DNA of 64,000 nucleotides from NCBI GenBank assembly GCA_050745885.1, contig JBOGLD010000112.1, forward strand, positions 11,386-75,385, read 5' to 3'. Position numbers and translations under genes: made by a program. Below are positions 27,579-37,999 of this stretch, piece by piece. Positions within the stretch are counted from its first letter, which is position 1. Each line of letters opens with the position of its first letter. The DNA is from Terriglobales bacterium (lineage in GTDB: Bacteria > Acidobacteriota > Terriglobia > Terriglobales > Acidobacteriaceae). The notes beneath the pieces were generated by a model that had not been told where the DNA came from, ran no database searches, and saw nothing but the letters and a program-made list of their open reading frames with translations.

Positions 27579-29708
27579 ATGCTGATTCTCCGTGCGCGGA
27601 TTATTTTACGAAGTGGACTCATTGCGGCTTTGCTGCTCACTTGTTTTTTCCTGGCGGATTCTGCGGCCGCTGCGAGCTTTACTCTCGAACAGGTGATGGC
27701 TTCGCCCTTTCCCTCCAACCTGGTGACGGCTGCGCACAGTCCCAGAGTGGCCTGGGTATTTGATACGAAAGGTGTGCGCAACATCTGGGTGGCGGACGCG
27801 CCTGATTTCGCGGCGCGGCAGGTAACCCACTACGAGGGCGACGAAGGCTTGCCCATCGCCAGCTTGCGCATCACACCGGACGGCCGCAGTCTGGTGTACG
27901 TCCGCGGCAGCGAGACCAACGAAAACGGGAGAGTTGCCGATCCCACGAACGGGGTTTGGGAGCGCAAGCAGCAGGTGTGGGCCGTCGATGTGGACGCCGG
28001 TGCTCCCCGCGTGCTCGGCGAGATGGGCTGCGGCGAGGAGGACTGCGAAGACGTCCAACTTTCGCCCGACGGGCAATTCGCAGTATGGGCGGCGCGAAAG
28101 CAGTTGTGGATTGCGCCCGTTTCCGGAGCAACCGCCGCTCATCAGCTTACCGATCTTCGCGGCGACAATTCGAATCCAAGATGGTCTCCCGACGGACGCC
28201 AGATTGCTCTGGTCAGCCAACGGGGCGATCACAGCTTCATCGCCGTCTACGATTTCGGACGCGAACACGTCCACTATCTTTCTCCGAGCGCCGATCGCGA
28301 TGGCATGCCGCGCTGGTCGCCGGATGGGCGGCGCCTTGCCTTTGTCCGCCGCCCTGGCATTCAGGAGAAGGTCCCGCTGATTCCGGTCCGTCCGCATCCC
28401 TGGGCGATCTGGGTGGCGGATTCCGCGACCGGAGATGCCAGGGAAATCTGGCACAGCGGCAAGGAAATGAACGACTCGTTTCCGGAAGACACCGCGGACC
28501 CATCCTTTTACTTCGCCGACAACGACAAGCTGCTGTTTGCCTCGGAACAGGATGGCTGGAATCACCTGTATTCGATCGCTGCGTCGGGTGGTCCGGCGAC
28601 CCTGCTTACTCCAGGTGAGTTTGACGTGGAAGACGTCACCCTGGGCGGGGATCACCGTTCCGTCATCTATTCGTCGAATCAGGACGACGTTGACCGGCGC
28701 CACCTCTGGCGTGTTGATCTTCAAGGCGGGAGGCCGCAATCGCTCACCAGGGGAGAAACGATCGAGTGGAGTCCGATGGCAACCGGGACAGGCAATCAGG
28801 TGGTCTGTCTTGGTTCGAGCGCTACGGTCCCTGCCATGCCGTTCTACCTGGTAGCGCAAGGCCGGGAAATGATCGCGCGCCAGGCGCTGCCCGGAGATTT
28901 TCCGTCAAACCAATTGGTCACGCCAAAGCAGGTGATCTTCAAGAGCGACGACGGCCTGGAAATTCATGGCCAGCTGTTTACTCCTGCGGGGCGAAGCCGG
29001 CCCGGACCGGCCCTGATCTTCATGCATGGGGGCCCCATGCGGCAGATGGTGCTGGGCTTCCACTACATGTACTACTACCACAATGCTTATGCCATGAATC
29101 AATATCTGGCGAGCCAGGGTTACGCGGTGCTCTCTGTAAATTATCGGCTCGGCATCATGTATGGGCGGGCGTTTCGGGAGGCGCCGAACACCAGTTGGCG
29201 GGGAGCGGCGGAATATAAAGATGTGGTGGCGGGCGCCAAGTATCTGCAGGGGCTGGCCACGGTGGACCCGAAAAAGATCGGGCTCTGGGGCGGGTCGTAT
29301 GGCGGATTTCTCACCGCAATGGGGCTGGCCCGCAACTCTGATCTTTTCGCGGCGGGAGTCGATATGCACGGCGTCCACGATTGGTCTGTGTTCCTGCCCC
29401 GCTGGGAAAATCATCCGGGAGCGCCGGACGCAAAGGCAGCCGAGAAGCTGGCTTTTGATTCTTCCCCTGACGCCTCGGTTTCAACCTGGAAGTCGCCGGT
29501 GCTGCTGATTCACGGGGATGACGACCGCAATGTTCCCTTTGGGCAGACTGTGGATTTGGCACAGCGGCTCCGCGAGCAGCACGTGATGTTCGAAGAGCTG
29601 ATCTTTCCCGACGAAATCCACGATTTCCTGATGTGGAAGAACTGGTTCAGGGCGTATAGTGCCGCGGCCGAATTTTTTGACCGGACCTTGAAAGGAGCAA
29701 AACCGTGA
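27579..29708 (+). CDS. S9-family serine peptidase (prolyl oligopeptidase/dipeptidyl-peptidase type) with N-terminal beta-propeller
   Basis: Signal-like N-terminus, then TolB/WD40-like repeats (SPDGRSLVY, SPDGQFAVW, SPDGRQIALV, SPDGRRLAFV). The C-terminal alpha/beta hydrolase has the nucleophile elbow GGSYGGFLT and LLIHGDDDRNVP. Confidence 0.85.
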   Translation: MLILRARIILRSGLIAALLLTCFFLADSAAAASFTLEQVMASPFPSNLVTAAHSPRVAWVFDTKGVRNIWVADAPDFAARQVTHYEGDEGLPIASLRITPDGRSLVYVRGSETNENGRVADPTNGVWERKQQVWAVDVDAGAPRVLGEMGCGEEDCEDVQLSPDGQFAVWAARKQLWIAPVSGATAAHQLTDLRGDNSNPRWSPDGRQIALVSQRGDHSFIAVYDFGREHVHYLSPSADRDGMPRWSPDGRRLAFVRRPGIQEKVPLIPVRPHPWAIWVADSATGDAREIWHSGKEMNDSFPEDTADPSFYFADNDKLLFASEQDGWNHLYSIAASGGPATLLTPGEFDVEDVTLGGDHRSVIYSSNQDDVDRRHLWRVDLQGGRPQSLTRGETIEWSPMATGTGNQVVCLGSSATVPAMPFYLVAQGREMIARQALPGDFPSNQLVTPKQVIFKSDDGLEIHGQLFTPAGRSRPGPALIFMHGGPMRQMVLGFHYMYYYHNAYAMNQYLASQGYAVLSVNYRLGIMYGRAFREAPNTSWRGAAEYKDVVAGAKYLQGLATVDPKKIGLWGGSYGGFLTAMGLARNSDLFAAGVDMHGVHDWSVFLPRWENHPGAPDAKAAEKLAFDSSPDASVSTWKSPVLLIHGDDDRNVPFGQTVDLAQRLREQHVMFEELIFPDEIHDFLMWKNWFRAYSAAAEFFDRTLKGAKP

Positions 29709-29715
29709 TGGGCGG

Positions 29716-31635
29716 TTGAGTTGCCGCTTTGCAAGTTCCGCTTGCTCTTATTCGCTGCCAGCCAATACTATCGTTGGCATCGACCCGGTGAGTCGTACTC
29801 GATTGCCAATTCAAGCCCTGCGACATCGGTTTCTGTGGCGGCAGAGGGCTCCCATCGATCCCGGCGAAATACGCCGTACCGAGCGATGGCTGGCCACAGC
29901 CCGCGTTTTCCTCGCCATTTCTGCCTTGATTGCCATCCGGATGGATCCGGAAGAAATCCGCTACTCCTTCTGGGCCTATGGACTGTTGGCCTTTTATATC
30001 GCCCAAGGCATGGTTGTCATCTTGCTGTTGCGGCGGCGTGAACAGTCAACCGTATCATTTCGCAGACTGGTGCATGCGGCGGACATTGTCTGGCCGGCGT
30101 TAATATCGATTTTCGCTTCCGGCGAAGCCAATCCCTTTTTCCTGTTCTTTGTTTTCGTGCTGGCGGCTGCCGCTTATCGCTGGGGCGTGTGGGAGACGGT
30201 AGCTACCGCCGCATCGGAGATCTCGCTCTTGTGGCTGGAGAGCCTCGCGTTTTACCTGGGTCTCTTTGCCTGGGTCGATCACCTGCTCGCGCGTTCCCAT
30301 CTGCCACGGCTGGGAGTCCAGGCGGCGGATTTCGAGCCCAAACGTCTTTTCATGCTCTCGATTTACCTGCTGGTGATGGGCCTGCTCCTGGGATACCTGG
30401 CCGAGCAGCAGAAGCAGTTGCGCTCGGAGAAGGCGGTGATCGCCCGCATTTTAGGCAAGGTGCGAGTCGAGGCCGGTCTGAGCGGGACCCTGCAGGAGAT
30501 TGTGGGCGCGTTGCTGGTCGTGTATGGCGCGGAGCGGGCCTTGCTGGCATCGCAGGAGGCCACCAGCCATCGCGTCTATGTGGGTGAAATGGTGCTCCGA
30601 AACGGTGAGCCTTCCTTTTTCCGCTGGCTCGAACCTCTGCCTTCCGACCGCGAAATGTACCTCTTCGATTACCCGGGAGAGACATCCTATGCCTGGCGAA
30701 ACCGCCACCGAGGAAGTGAGAGTTACGTAGTGCTCGGCCTCGACCATGCCGGTCAGAAGATTCCCAGCGCATCTCCAGCATTTCTCGATTCGTTCGCAGG
30801 TCGACAGCGCTTCGACAAACTTATGATGGTTTCCTTTGTCTTCGGGAAGGAATGGTGGGGGCGAATTTTCTTACTGGAGCCGGCGACGACGGGAGAGATT
30901 ACGGAAGAGCTGCGCTTCCTGCAGGAACTGGTGCGTCAGATTGGCCCGGCGGTCTACAACGTTTATTTACTGCGGCGCTTGCGGCTGCGGGCTGGGGCCC
31001 TGGAACGCGCCCGGTTTGCTCGGGAACTTCACGATGGCGCCGTGCAGTCGCTCATCGCCGTGGAAATGCAAGTCGATGTGTTGCGGCGTCAGTCCGCTAC
31101 CCGGTCAGAGTTGGTCCCGGAGGAACTGGGCCGGATTCAGGGATTGCTGCGGGAAGAAGTCCTGAAGCTCCGGGAACTGATGCAGCAGATGAAATCGCTC
31201 GATGTGGATTCCAGAAAATTGATCGGGTTTCTGGGGGACACAGTGGAGAGATTTCAACGTGAAACCGGGATCGCGGCGCGCTTTACTTCCGACTTGGAAG
31301 AGCCGGACATGTCACAGCCGGTGTGCCGCGAGTTGACCCGCATCGTGCAGGAAGGGCTGGTCAACGTCCGGAAACACAGCCGGGCGCACACCGCCGTGGT
31401 CCGGTTGAGCGCGAAGAATGGGCGCTGGACGCTGGTGATTGAAGACGATGGCCGCGGCTTCCCCTTTGCCGGCCGCCTGTCGCAGGCCGAGTTGGATGCC
31501 TTGGGAAAAGGCCCATTGGTGATCAAAGAACGGGTCCGTGTCATTGCCGGCGAACTCACGATAGAATCGAACCCGGGGCAAGGCTCGCGTCTCGAGATCA
31601 GTGTCCCGCAGAAGCCGGAAGCGGCCTATGGATAA
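29716..31635 (+). CDS. Membrane sensor histidine kinase, HisKA_3 (NarX/LiaS-like) type
   Basis: Several N-terminal transmembrane helices, an H-box (RARFARELHDGAVQSL), and an HATPase_c domain (LVNVRKHSRA...IEDDGRGF...GELTIESNPGQGSRLEISVP). The start codon is uncertain because the track start is a TTG. Confidence 0.8.
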   Translation: MSCRFASSACSYSLPANTIVGIDPVSRTRLPIQALRHRFLWRQRAPIDPGEIRRTERWLATARVFLAISALIAIRMDPEEIRYSFWAYGLLAFYIAQGMVVILLLRRREQSTVSFRRLVHAADIVWPALISIFASGEANPFFLFFVFVLAAAAYRWGVWETVATAASEISLLWLESLAFYLGLFAWVDHLLARSHLPRLGVQAADFEPKRLFMLSIYLLVMGLLLGYLAEQQKQLRSEKAVIARILGKVRVEAGLSGTLQEIVGALLVVYGAERALLASQEATSHRVYVGEMVLRNGEPSFFRWLEPLPSDREMYLFDYPGETSYAWRNRHRGSESYVVLGLDHAGQKIPSASPAFLDSFAGRQRFDKLMMVSFVFGKEWWGRIFLLEPATTGEITEELRFLQELVRQIGPAVYNVYLLRRLRLRAGALERARFARELHDGAVQSLIAVEMQVDVLRRQSATRSELVPEELGRIQGLLREEVLKLRELMQQMKSLDVDSRKLIGFLGDTVERFQRETGIAARFTSDLEEPDMSQPVCRELTRIVQEGLVNVRKHSRAHTAVVRLSAKNGRWTLVIEDDGRGFPFAGRLSQAELDALGKGPLVIKERVRVIAGELTIESNPGQGSRLEISVPQKPEAAYG

Positions 31636-32314
31636 TCGAAGACCCCAGCCCATACGGATTGTGATTGCGGATGACCATCCTATTTTTCGCGACGGTCTCC
31701 GCCGCCTTCTGGAGGCTGAATCCGACCTGAAGGTTATCGGGGAAGCCTGCGACGGGACCGAAGCGGTGAAGATGGCCCGCCAGTTGAAACCCGACATCAT
31801 GCTCCTGGACCTGGCCATGCCGCGGATGCCGGGGCTGGAAGCCCTGCGTGAACTGAGCACCGGACCAGCCCACTCGGTTCGGGTCATTCTTCTGACCGCT
31901 GCCGCTGAGAAAAAGCAAATTGTCGAAGCTCTGCAACTAGGTGCCCGCGGGGTGGTATTGAAGGATTCCGCCACCCAACTGCTGCTGAAAAGTATCCACA
32001 CCGTGATGACGGGAGAGTACTGGGTGGGGCGGGAGAGCGTGTCCAACCTGGTGCAATACTTGAGGAATCTGGTGCAGTCCTCGGGAGAAGAGGCCAAACA
32101 GAAAAAATTTGGCCTCACCCCCAGAGAATTGGAGATTGTCTCAGCCGTGGTGGCGGGTTATTCCAACAAGGAAATCGCCGAATACTTCAAGATCAGCGAA
32201 GATACGGTGAAACACCATCTCAGCAACATTTTCGACAAACTGGGCGTGTCTACCCGCCTGGAATTGGCACTGTTCGCGGTAAACCAGGACTTGCCGCTGA
32301 AGACCATCGCCTAA
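31628..32314 (+). CDS. NarL/FixJ-family (LuxR-type HTH) response regulator
   Basis: REC domain (IRIVIADDHPIFRDGL...DIMLLDLAMPRMPG) plus a LuxR HTH (LTPRELEIVSAVVAGYSNKEIAEYFKISEDTVKHHLSNIFDKLGV). The ATG at 31628 overlaps the kinase stop by 8 nt. Confidence 0.9.
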   Translation: MDNRRPQPIRIVIADDHPIFRDGLRRLLEAESDLKVIGEACDGTEAVKMARQLKPDIMLLDLAMPRMPGLEALRELSTGPAHSVRVILLTAAAEKKQIVEALQLGARGVVLKDSATQLLLKSIHTVMTGEYWVGRESVSNLVQYLRNLVQSSGEEAKQKKFGLTPRELEIVSAVVAGYSNKEIAEYFKISEDTVKHHLSNIFDKLGVSTRLELALFAVNQDLPLKTIA

Positions 32315-32493
32315 AGATGTAGCACTTTCGTGCCATGTATTTCCACATTTGGGCTATTGGCAGTTTGGACTGCCCCAGCTAACCTATGGGTAGACTTCAA
32401 CACTGAGTTCAGAGCCTGCCAGTGGTTGAGGCTGGACGTGTATTCGGACAAGGAAAATTCAGCAGGCCGACAGGCGTTCCAAGGAGAGCTCGC

Positions 32494-32658
32494 ATGGCAA
32501 AGTGGCTGCAACATATCTGGCACGACGATCAGGGACAAGACGTCGCCGAATACGCCGTGATGCTGGCCGTGATTCTGGTCATCGTGGTCGGTACAATTCG
32601 GTTGATCGGTTCCAATGCCAACAACGTATTCTCTTCGGTTGGTAGCGCGATTCAGTAG
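32494..32658 (+). CDS. Flp-family type IVb pilin
   Basis: 54-aa product with the Flp motif (GQDVAEYAVMLAVILVIVVGTI). AAGGAGAG lies 5 nt before the ATG at 32494. An imperfect hairpin follows at about 32667-32702. Confidence 0.75.
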   Translation: MAKWLQHIWHDDQGQDVAEYAVMLAVILVIVVGTIRLIGSNANNVFSSVGSAIQ

Positions 32659-32902
32659 GCTCGAACCCGAGTTGGCTCCCCAGCCTCCAACCGGGTTCAG
32701 GTTCAGGGTCCCCCTTCTTTACTCCTCTCGCTGACTCCACAGCCTACGCAAGCTTCCCGCCGAATCCTCGGGCCGCGCCCGGGCAATACGTGCTGCTCCA
32801 CCAGTTCGCCCGAAGTCGACCGCGGGCAAGCATCCAATCTGCGTGCAGACATCGTCAGTGGGGGCGCAGGCGGATACGAATCGTTAGTCTTGCGGGAACT
32901 CG

Positions 32903-33958
32903 CTAAGCCAACTGAAACAGAATATGCACCATGGCGGTGTAGTCGGATGGTTGTCCATCGCGCTTGGCTGGCTTGAAGCGAATCTGTTCCGCGGCGTGCA
33001 TGGCCGACTCGTCGAGGCCATGGCCCAGGCCCTGCACGACCCGCACAACGCGAAGCTTACCCGAGGCTTCGAAAACCACTTCCAGTACCACCTCGCCCTC
33101 GATGCGCAGCTTCCTGGCTTCAGGCGTATAGGTAGGTGTTGGTTTGAAAATCACTTCGGCAGGAACCATCTTACCGGCGGAATCGTCGCTTCGCGGGGGG
33201 TGAAGTTGCGCCATGGAGACGGCCTGGGCATCGCCAAATCCGCTCTTCTGCACACCATTGCCACGCGAGGTGTTGACCTTTCCACTTCCGTCGCCGGTAG
33301 CGGTGCCATTGCCAAATCCGCTGCTGGCCACGACTCCACGAACGCCCTTGGCGCCACCGGTGCCATTGCCGTAGCCAGGCCCGCTAGGCAGGTCAAAAGA
33401 ACCCGCCTGGGCGATATTCACCGGACGACCGTTGCTTTCACGCGCCGGCACTCCATTCGGATCGCCGAACCCCCCGGTCTGCACATTTTTTGGGGCCTGC
33501 GCAATCGTAGGTACGGCAGAGCTGCCGGTGGAGAAAACGTGAGTCTTTACCAGTTGCCGCGGAATTACAGCGGCGACAGGCGGAAGGGGCACGGGCTTGA
33601 CGGCCGCGATCTCGATCCTGGGAGCAACCGGTGCTTCCGGCGGCGAAATCTTCGGTCGTATCTCGGGCGGAGGGACATGAAGCACCTCAGCCGGCGGAGT
33701 TTCCACACGTGCGACCCGCGGGGGCGGAATTTCTCGCACCGGCGCCGGCTCATGGTTCACGATCGGTGGGGTCTCTACCAATCGAATGAAATGATAGTCG
33801 TGGATCGGGGTGTCCAACACCGCCAGGTTCAACACCGCAGCCCAAGCCAACACAAACAGGGCCACTCCCTGCAGGCCCATGGTGAGAACAAACTCTTTCC
33901 AGGGCGGCCGCCGGTAGGGAAGTAAAGAAAACAGGGCGTTTTGGTACATCTCAGACAT
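32903..33958 (-). CDS. TonB-family protein
   Basis: N-terminal anchor, Pro-rich repeats (PPPRVARVETPPAEVLHVPPPEIRPKISPPEAPVAP), and a TonB C-terminal domain (PTYTPEARKLRIEGEVVLEVVFEASGKLRVVRVVQGLGHGLDESAMHAAEQIRFKPA). Confidence 0.8.
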   Translation of the reverse strand: MSEMYQNALFSLLPYRRPPWKEFVLTMGLQGVALFVLAWAAVLNLAVLDTPIHDYHFIRLVETPPIVNHEPAPVREIPPPRVARVETPPAEVLHVPPPEIRPKISPPEAPVAPRIEIAAVKPVPLPPVAAVIPRQLVKTHVFSTGSSAVPTIAQAPKNVQTGGFGDPNGVPARESNGRPVNIAQAGSFDLPSGPGYGNGTGGAKGVRGVVASSGFGNGTATGDGSGKVNTSRGNGVQKSGFGDAQAVSMAQLHPPRSDDSAGKMVPAEVIFKPTPTYTPEARKLRIEGEVVLEVVFEASGKLRVVRVVQGLGHGLDESAMHAAEQIRFKPAKRDGQPSDYTAMVHILFQLA

Positions 33959-34317
33959 AACGATGATCCGGTCGGGGGGAAATCCTACTTAATCTTGATG
34001 TGCGGCGATTCCAAATAGCTGCCTCTGTCCGCAACCGTTATGTCAATAATATTATCTCATCCTGGGCATCCAATGATAAGAAACAGGGCGAGCGGGTCCC
34101 GCCCACCCAGGTCAGTGCAAGAAGATAGCCACTCCTGGCCGAGGAAAACCGGGAAAGCGCTTGTTCAACTGTGAGTTAGGTTTGCGCAGGAACAGGCCAT
34201 CCAAAGCCCATCGCGGGACGGGAAAAATTTTGCATAGGGTGGGTAGGTAAGTGTCGTACTGGGAAAAAGTGACGTAACCGGTCCGCAGCGCGAGTTCTCT
34301 ACCCGCCCCACCCTCCC

Positions 34318-35679
34318 CTAGCAGCGCACGATTTTGGGGCTATCAATGCCCTTAGTGGCATTGCGGGTGTCGACCACCAGCTGCGATTCGCGCACGATCC
34401 GTGGATAATCGTAGTCGGAATGATCGGTGACAATCAGCACGCAGTCGTATTGGCCCAAATTGTCCAGCGGGGCGCACTTCATCTGCAGGTTGTACTTGCG
34501 GCCTTTTCCGACCGTGGGAACGAAGGGATCGTTATAACTCACCACAGCTCCTTGCTGTTGCAATAATTCGATAATGGTCAGCGAAGGAGATTCACGCAGA
34601 TCGTCGATGTCCTTCTTGTAGGCCACACCCAACACCAGCACCTTGGCGCCATTCAGCGCTTTCTTTTGCCGATTGAGTGCCTTGGCTACGTAATCGAGCA
34701 CATGATAAGGCATGCCGATGTTGATCTCACCGGCCAGTTCGATGAAGCGAGTCCGGAAATCCCATTCCTTGGCCTTCCATGAAAGGTAGAAGGGATCGAC
34801 CGGAATGCAGTGCCCGCCCAAGCCGGGACCCGGATAGAACGGCTGAAATCCAAAGGGCTTGGTGGCAGCGGCCTCGATGACCTCCCAAATGTCCAGGCCC
34901 ATGCGCAGGGAGAGCAACTTCAACTCGTTGACCAGGGCGATGTTCACGCAGCGGTAAATGTTCTCCAAGAGCTTGGTCATCTCCGCCGCGGCTGGTGACG
35001 ACACGGGCACAATTCGCTTAAAAATGGTCCCGTAGAGCACGGTCGCCATTTCGCTGGCTGAGGCATCGAGACCGCCTACCACTTTCGGAATATCTCGGCG
35101 CGCGACCGTAGTGTTCCCAGGGTCTTCGCGCTCGGGGGAAAAGGCAACGTAGATTTCGTGTCCGTTCGGGGGGCCTCCCCGGGCAGCCTTCAGGCCGTGC
35201 GAGTTGCCCAGTTCAAGGATCGGGATCATCACCTCTTCGGTGGTCCCGGGGTAGGTCGTGCTTTCGAGGACCACCAACTGGCCCGCGCGCAGGTGCGGGG
35301 CAATCGCCTTGGCCGTGTCCGTGATATAGCTGAGGTCGGGCTCATGATATTCGTTCAGCGGCGTCGGGACACAGATGATGATGGCGTCCATCTCTCCCAA
35401 GAGGGCATAGTCAGAGGTGGCCTCGAATCCCTGAGAACGCGCCTGCTGAATTTCACTGGGCAGGATGCGCACGATGTAAGAGCCACCCTGGGTCAAGGTG
35501 GTTACCTTACGCTCATCGATATCAAAGCCGGTAACCCGAACCTTCTGCTCGGTATAAAGCAACGCCAAGGGCAGGCCGACGTAGCCGAGACCAATAATGG
35601 CGACTCGCGCCTGCCGCTGTTCAATTTTGGTTTTCAACTCAGAAACAGGATTGGTCGTGGCTACCGGATAAGTTGTCAT
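34318..35679 (-). CDS. Nucleotide-sugar (UDP-N-acetyl-hexosamine type) 6-dehydrogenase
   Basis: N-terminal Rossmann motif (VAIIGLGYVGLPLAL), a catalytic-Cys region (PGPGLGGHCIPVDPFYL), and the UDPG/MGDP dehydrogenase C-terminal domain. Confidence 0.85.
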   Translation of the reverse strand: MTTYPVATTNPVSELKTKIEQRQARVAIIGLGYVGLPLALLYTEQKVRVTGFDIDERKVTTLTQGGSYIVRILPSEIQQARSQGFEATSDYALLGEMDAIIICVPTPLNEYHEPDLSYITDTAKAIAPHLRAGQLVVLESTTYPGTTEEVMIPILELGNSHGLKAARGGPPNGHEIYVAFSPEREDPGNTTVARRDIPKVVGGLDASASEMATVLYGTIFKRIVPVSSPAAAEMTKLLENIYRCVNIALVNELKLLSLRMGLDIWEVIEAAATKPFGFQPFYPGPGLGGHCIPVDPFYLSWKAKEWDFRTRFIELAGEINIGMPYHVLDYVAKALNRQKKALNGAKVLVLGVAYKKDIDDLRESPSLTIIELLQQQGAVVSYNDPFVPTVGKGRKYNLQMKCAPLDNLGQYDCVLIVTDHSDYDYPRIVRESQLVVDTRNATKGIDSPKIVRC

Positions 35680-36042
35680 TTGGGAAATAAATTCTGCCTT
35701 CTACGATTTTAACACGCCTGCAACATCCTCCCATGGTCGGGGACCGAACTAGGTTTTCAGATTTCTGGGCTGGTTTTGAGCGATTTCGGCAGATTGTGGT
35801 TACGGCAGTAACCAGTATAAAGGGATCGTCCTGTCGAAGGGGTTGCAGCTTGACGTGTCGAGCCTGGTGGTCTCTCTGGGAATTGCCCGACAAAGAAGCC
35901 ATCCCTTAATCCACCCGAGTACCTGAGGGCAACTGGCTCATGATGTTCAGGTTTCTGCCAAATCAGAGAGCTCATGGCTCGGTTCGTCCGCCGTTGACTC
36001 TGCATGCGGCGGATCATGGTTCACGTTAAGATGTTTCCATTC

Positions 36043-37968
36043 ATGTGTGGCATCTTCGGCATTCTGGCTAGTAACCGCTCCGTTTCTCGAAAGCTTCTGG
36101 AGCAAGCCACCGATTCGCTGGCGCACCGCGGGCCTGACGACCGAGGAACAGTCCTGATTCAAGCCAACGCCACGCCGCGCCTCGAAATCGGTTTGGGCAG
36201 CCGGCGGCTGGCGATTCTCGATCTTTCGCCGCTGGGCCATCAGCCCATGCAGGATGCTGAGACCGGCAACTGGATCGTCTACAACGGCGAAATCTACAAT
36301 TTCCGCGAGCTCAGGACTCGCCTGCAGGGCGAAGGCGTGCGCTTTGCCAGCCAGTCCGATACCGAGGTGCTGCTCAAAGCCTACGGCCGCTGGGGTGAGA
36401 AGTGCCTCGCCGAGTTGCGGGGGATGTTCGCCTTCGCCATCTGGGATGCGAAGCGATCGCGCCTGCTGCTGGGCCGCGATCCCATGGGCATCAAGCCTCT
36501 CTATTATTGTTCAGCGGGCCAATATTTCCTATTTGCCTCTGAACTGCGGACCCTGCTGGGCACGGGCCTGATGCCACGGAAACTCGATCCCGCGGGCTTG
36601 GTTAACTACCTGAATTTTGGATCAGTTTACGATCCGATCACCATGATTCAAGGCGTCTCCGCCCTGCAGGCCGGACACTACGCCGTGTGGGAAAACGGGC
36701 GCCTGGCGGACGCGTTGTACTGGGATCTCGCGCCTCACGGAGAGGCCAGAACAGCTTCGCGCCATCTGGCGGGCGATGAGACCGTGCGAGAGGATCTGGA
36801 AAATGACATTTACGCCACGCTGGATCAGGCCGTCCGCATGCAGACGGTGAGCGATGTTCCGGTGGGACTGTTCCTTTCCGGAGGCATCGACTCCAGCAGC
36901 CTGGCTGCAATTCTGAGTCGGGCGGGGATCCGGCCCAACACTTTTTCCGTTATTTTTCGGGAGGCGGAATGCAGCGAAGCGGAATATTCCCGGGCTGTGG
37001 CCCGCGCTTTCGCCACCGAACACCAGGAGATCACGCTCTCGCAGGGCGACATGCTTGATGCCATTCCGTACGCGCTCAGGGCCATGGACCAGCCCACCGT
37101 CGACGGCCTGAATACCTACCTGATCGCGCGGCAGACCCGCGCCGCCGGGATCAAGGTGGCACTCTCCGGTCTGGGAGGGGACGAGATGTTCGCCGGGTAT
37201 TCCAGCTTTCGTGACGTTCCCCGCATGGAACGCTTTGCTGGATTCTGGTGGCATTGGCCCGCGATCTTGCGGCGCCCGCTGGCGCGGATGTTTACTTCGC
37301 TGACTTCGGACACGGACCGGAACCGGAAACTGGCGACACTCGGCGGTGGTCAGGACGCGGCGATCCAACCCTATTTTCTTGCGCGCTCTCTCTTCACCCC
37401 TGAACGGCGCAATTCACTGCTAGCGTCCGTCAATGAGGGAACGCTGGCGCGGGCAAATGCTCCCTTGCAGGAAAGCCTGCGCCATGCTCGAGCGCTCGAC
37501 TCGATCAACCGGGTTTCGTATCTGGAAGCACGTTGCTACATGCTGAATACCTTGCTGCGTGACTCAGATGTGATGAGCATGGCCCATGGACTTGAGCTGC
37601 GCGTGCCACTCATCGATCATCACCTTGCCGACAAGCTGATGGCCATACCGGGACCCTGGAAACTGGACAACACGTTGCCGAAACCGTTGCTGGTTGGGGC
37701 GCTGAAGGGAGTGCTGCCGAGCGAAATCGTTCATCGCAAGAAGCAGGGCTTCACCCTTCCCTTTGAACGCTGGCTGCGGGAGAATTTGCGTCCTGAAGTG
37801 GAAGCGGCCCTCCAGAAAGTCGGCCGGGGCCCGCTCGGTTTGTTGCTCAATCAGGACTCGATTGCGCAGGTTTGGGACGATTTCCTGAATCGGCGGACTT
37901 CGTGGTCCCGTGTCTGGTCGCTGTATGTGCTGGAGAGATGGTGTGAGTTGAATTCCGTGGGGGCATAG
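36043..37968 (+). CDS. asnB: Asparagine synthase (glutamine-hydrolysing), AsnB-type amidotransferase
   Basis: Ntn amidotransferase start MCGI (the ATG at 36043 is preferred over 36004). The PP-loop SGGIDSS is present, and the length is typical for AsnB. Confidence 0.85.
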   Translation: MCGIFGILASNRSVSRKLLEQATDSLAHRGPDDRGTVLIQANATPRLEIGLGSRRLAILDLSPLGHQPMQDAETGNWIVYNGEIYNFRELRTRLQGEGVRFASQSDTEVLLKAYGRWGEKCLAELRGMFAFAIWDAKRSRLLLGRDPMGIKPLYYCSAGQYFLFASELRTLLGTGLMPRKLDPAGLVNYLNFGSVYDPITMIQGVSALQAGHYAVWENGRLADALYWDLAPHGEARTASRHLAGDETVREDLENDIYATLDQAVRMQTVSDVPVGLFLSGGIDSSSLAAILSRAGIRPNTFSVIFREAECSEAEYSRAVARAFATEHQEITLSQGDMLDAIPYALRAMDQPTVDGLNTYLIARQTRAAGIKVALSGLGGDEMFAGYSSFRDVPRMERFAGFWWHWPAILRRPLARMFTSLTSDTDRNRKLATLGGGQDAAIQPYFLARSLFTPERRNSLLASVNEGTLARANAPLQESLRHARALDSINRVSYLEARCYMLNTLLRDSDVMSMAHGLELRVPLIDHHLADKLMAIPGPWKLDNTLPKPLLVGALKGVLPSEIVHRKKQGFTLPFERWLRENLRPEVEAALQKVGRGPLGLLLNQDSIAQVWDDFLNRRTSWSRVWSLYVLERWCELNSVGA

Positions 37969-37999
37969 CAGTCATAACTTCGGTAACTACCTCATTTCG

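Noticed and set aside
35680-36042. The 363-nt divergent leader between the sugar dehydrogenase and asnB, considered as a possible riboswitch.
   Set aside because: I could not recognise any known riboswitch consensus or a convincing conserved fold by eye, so there is nothing to support a call.
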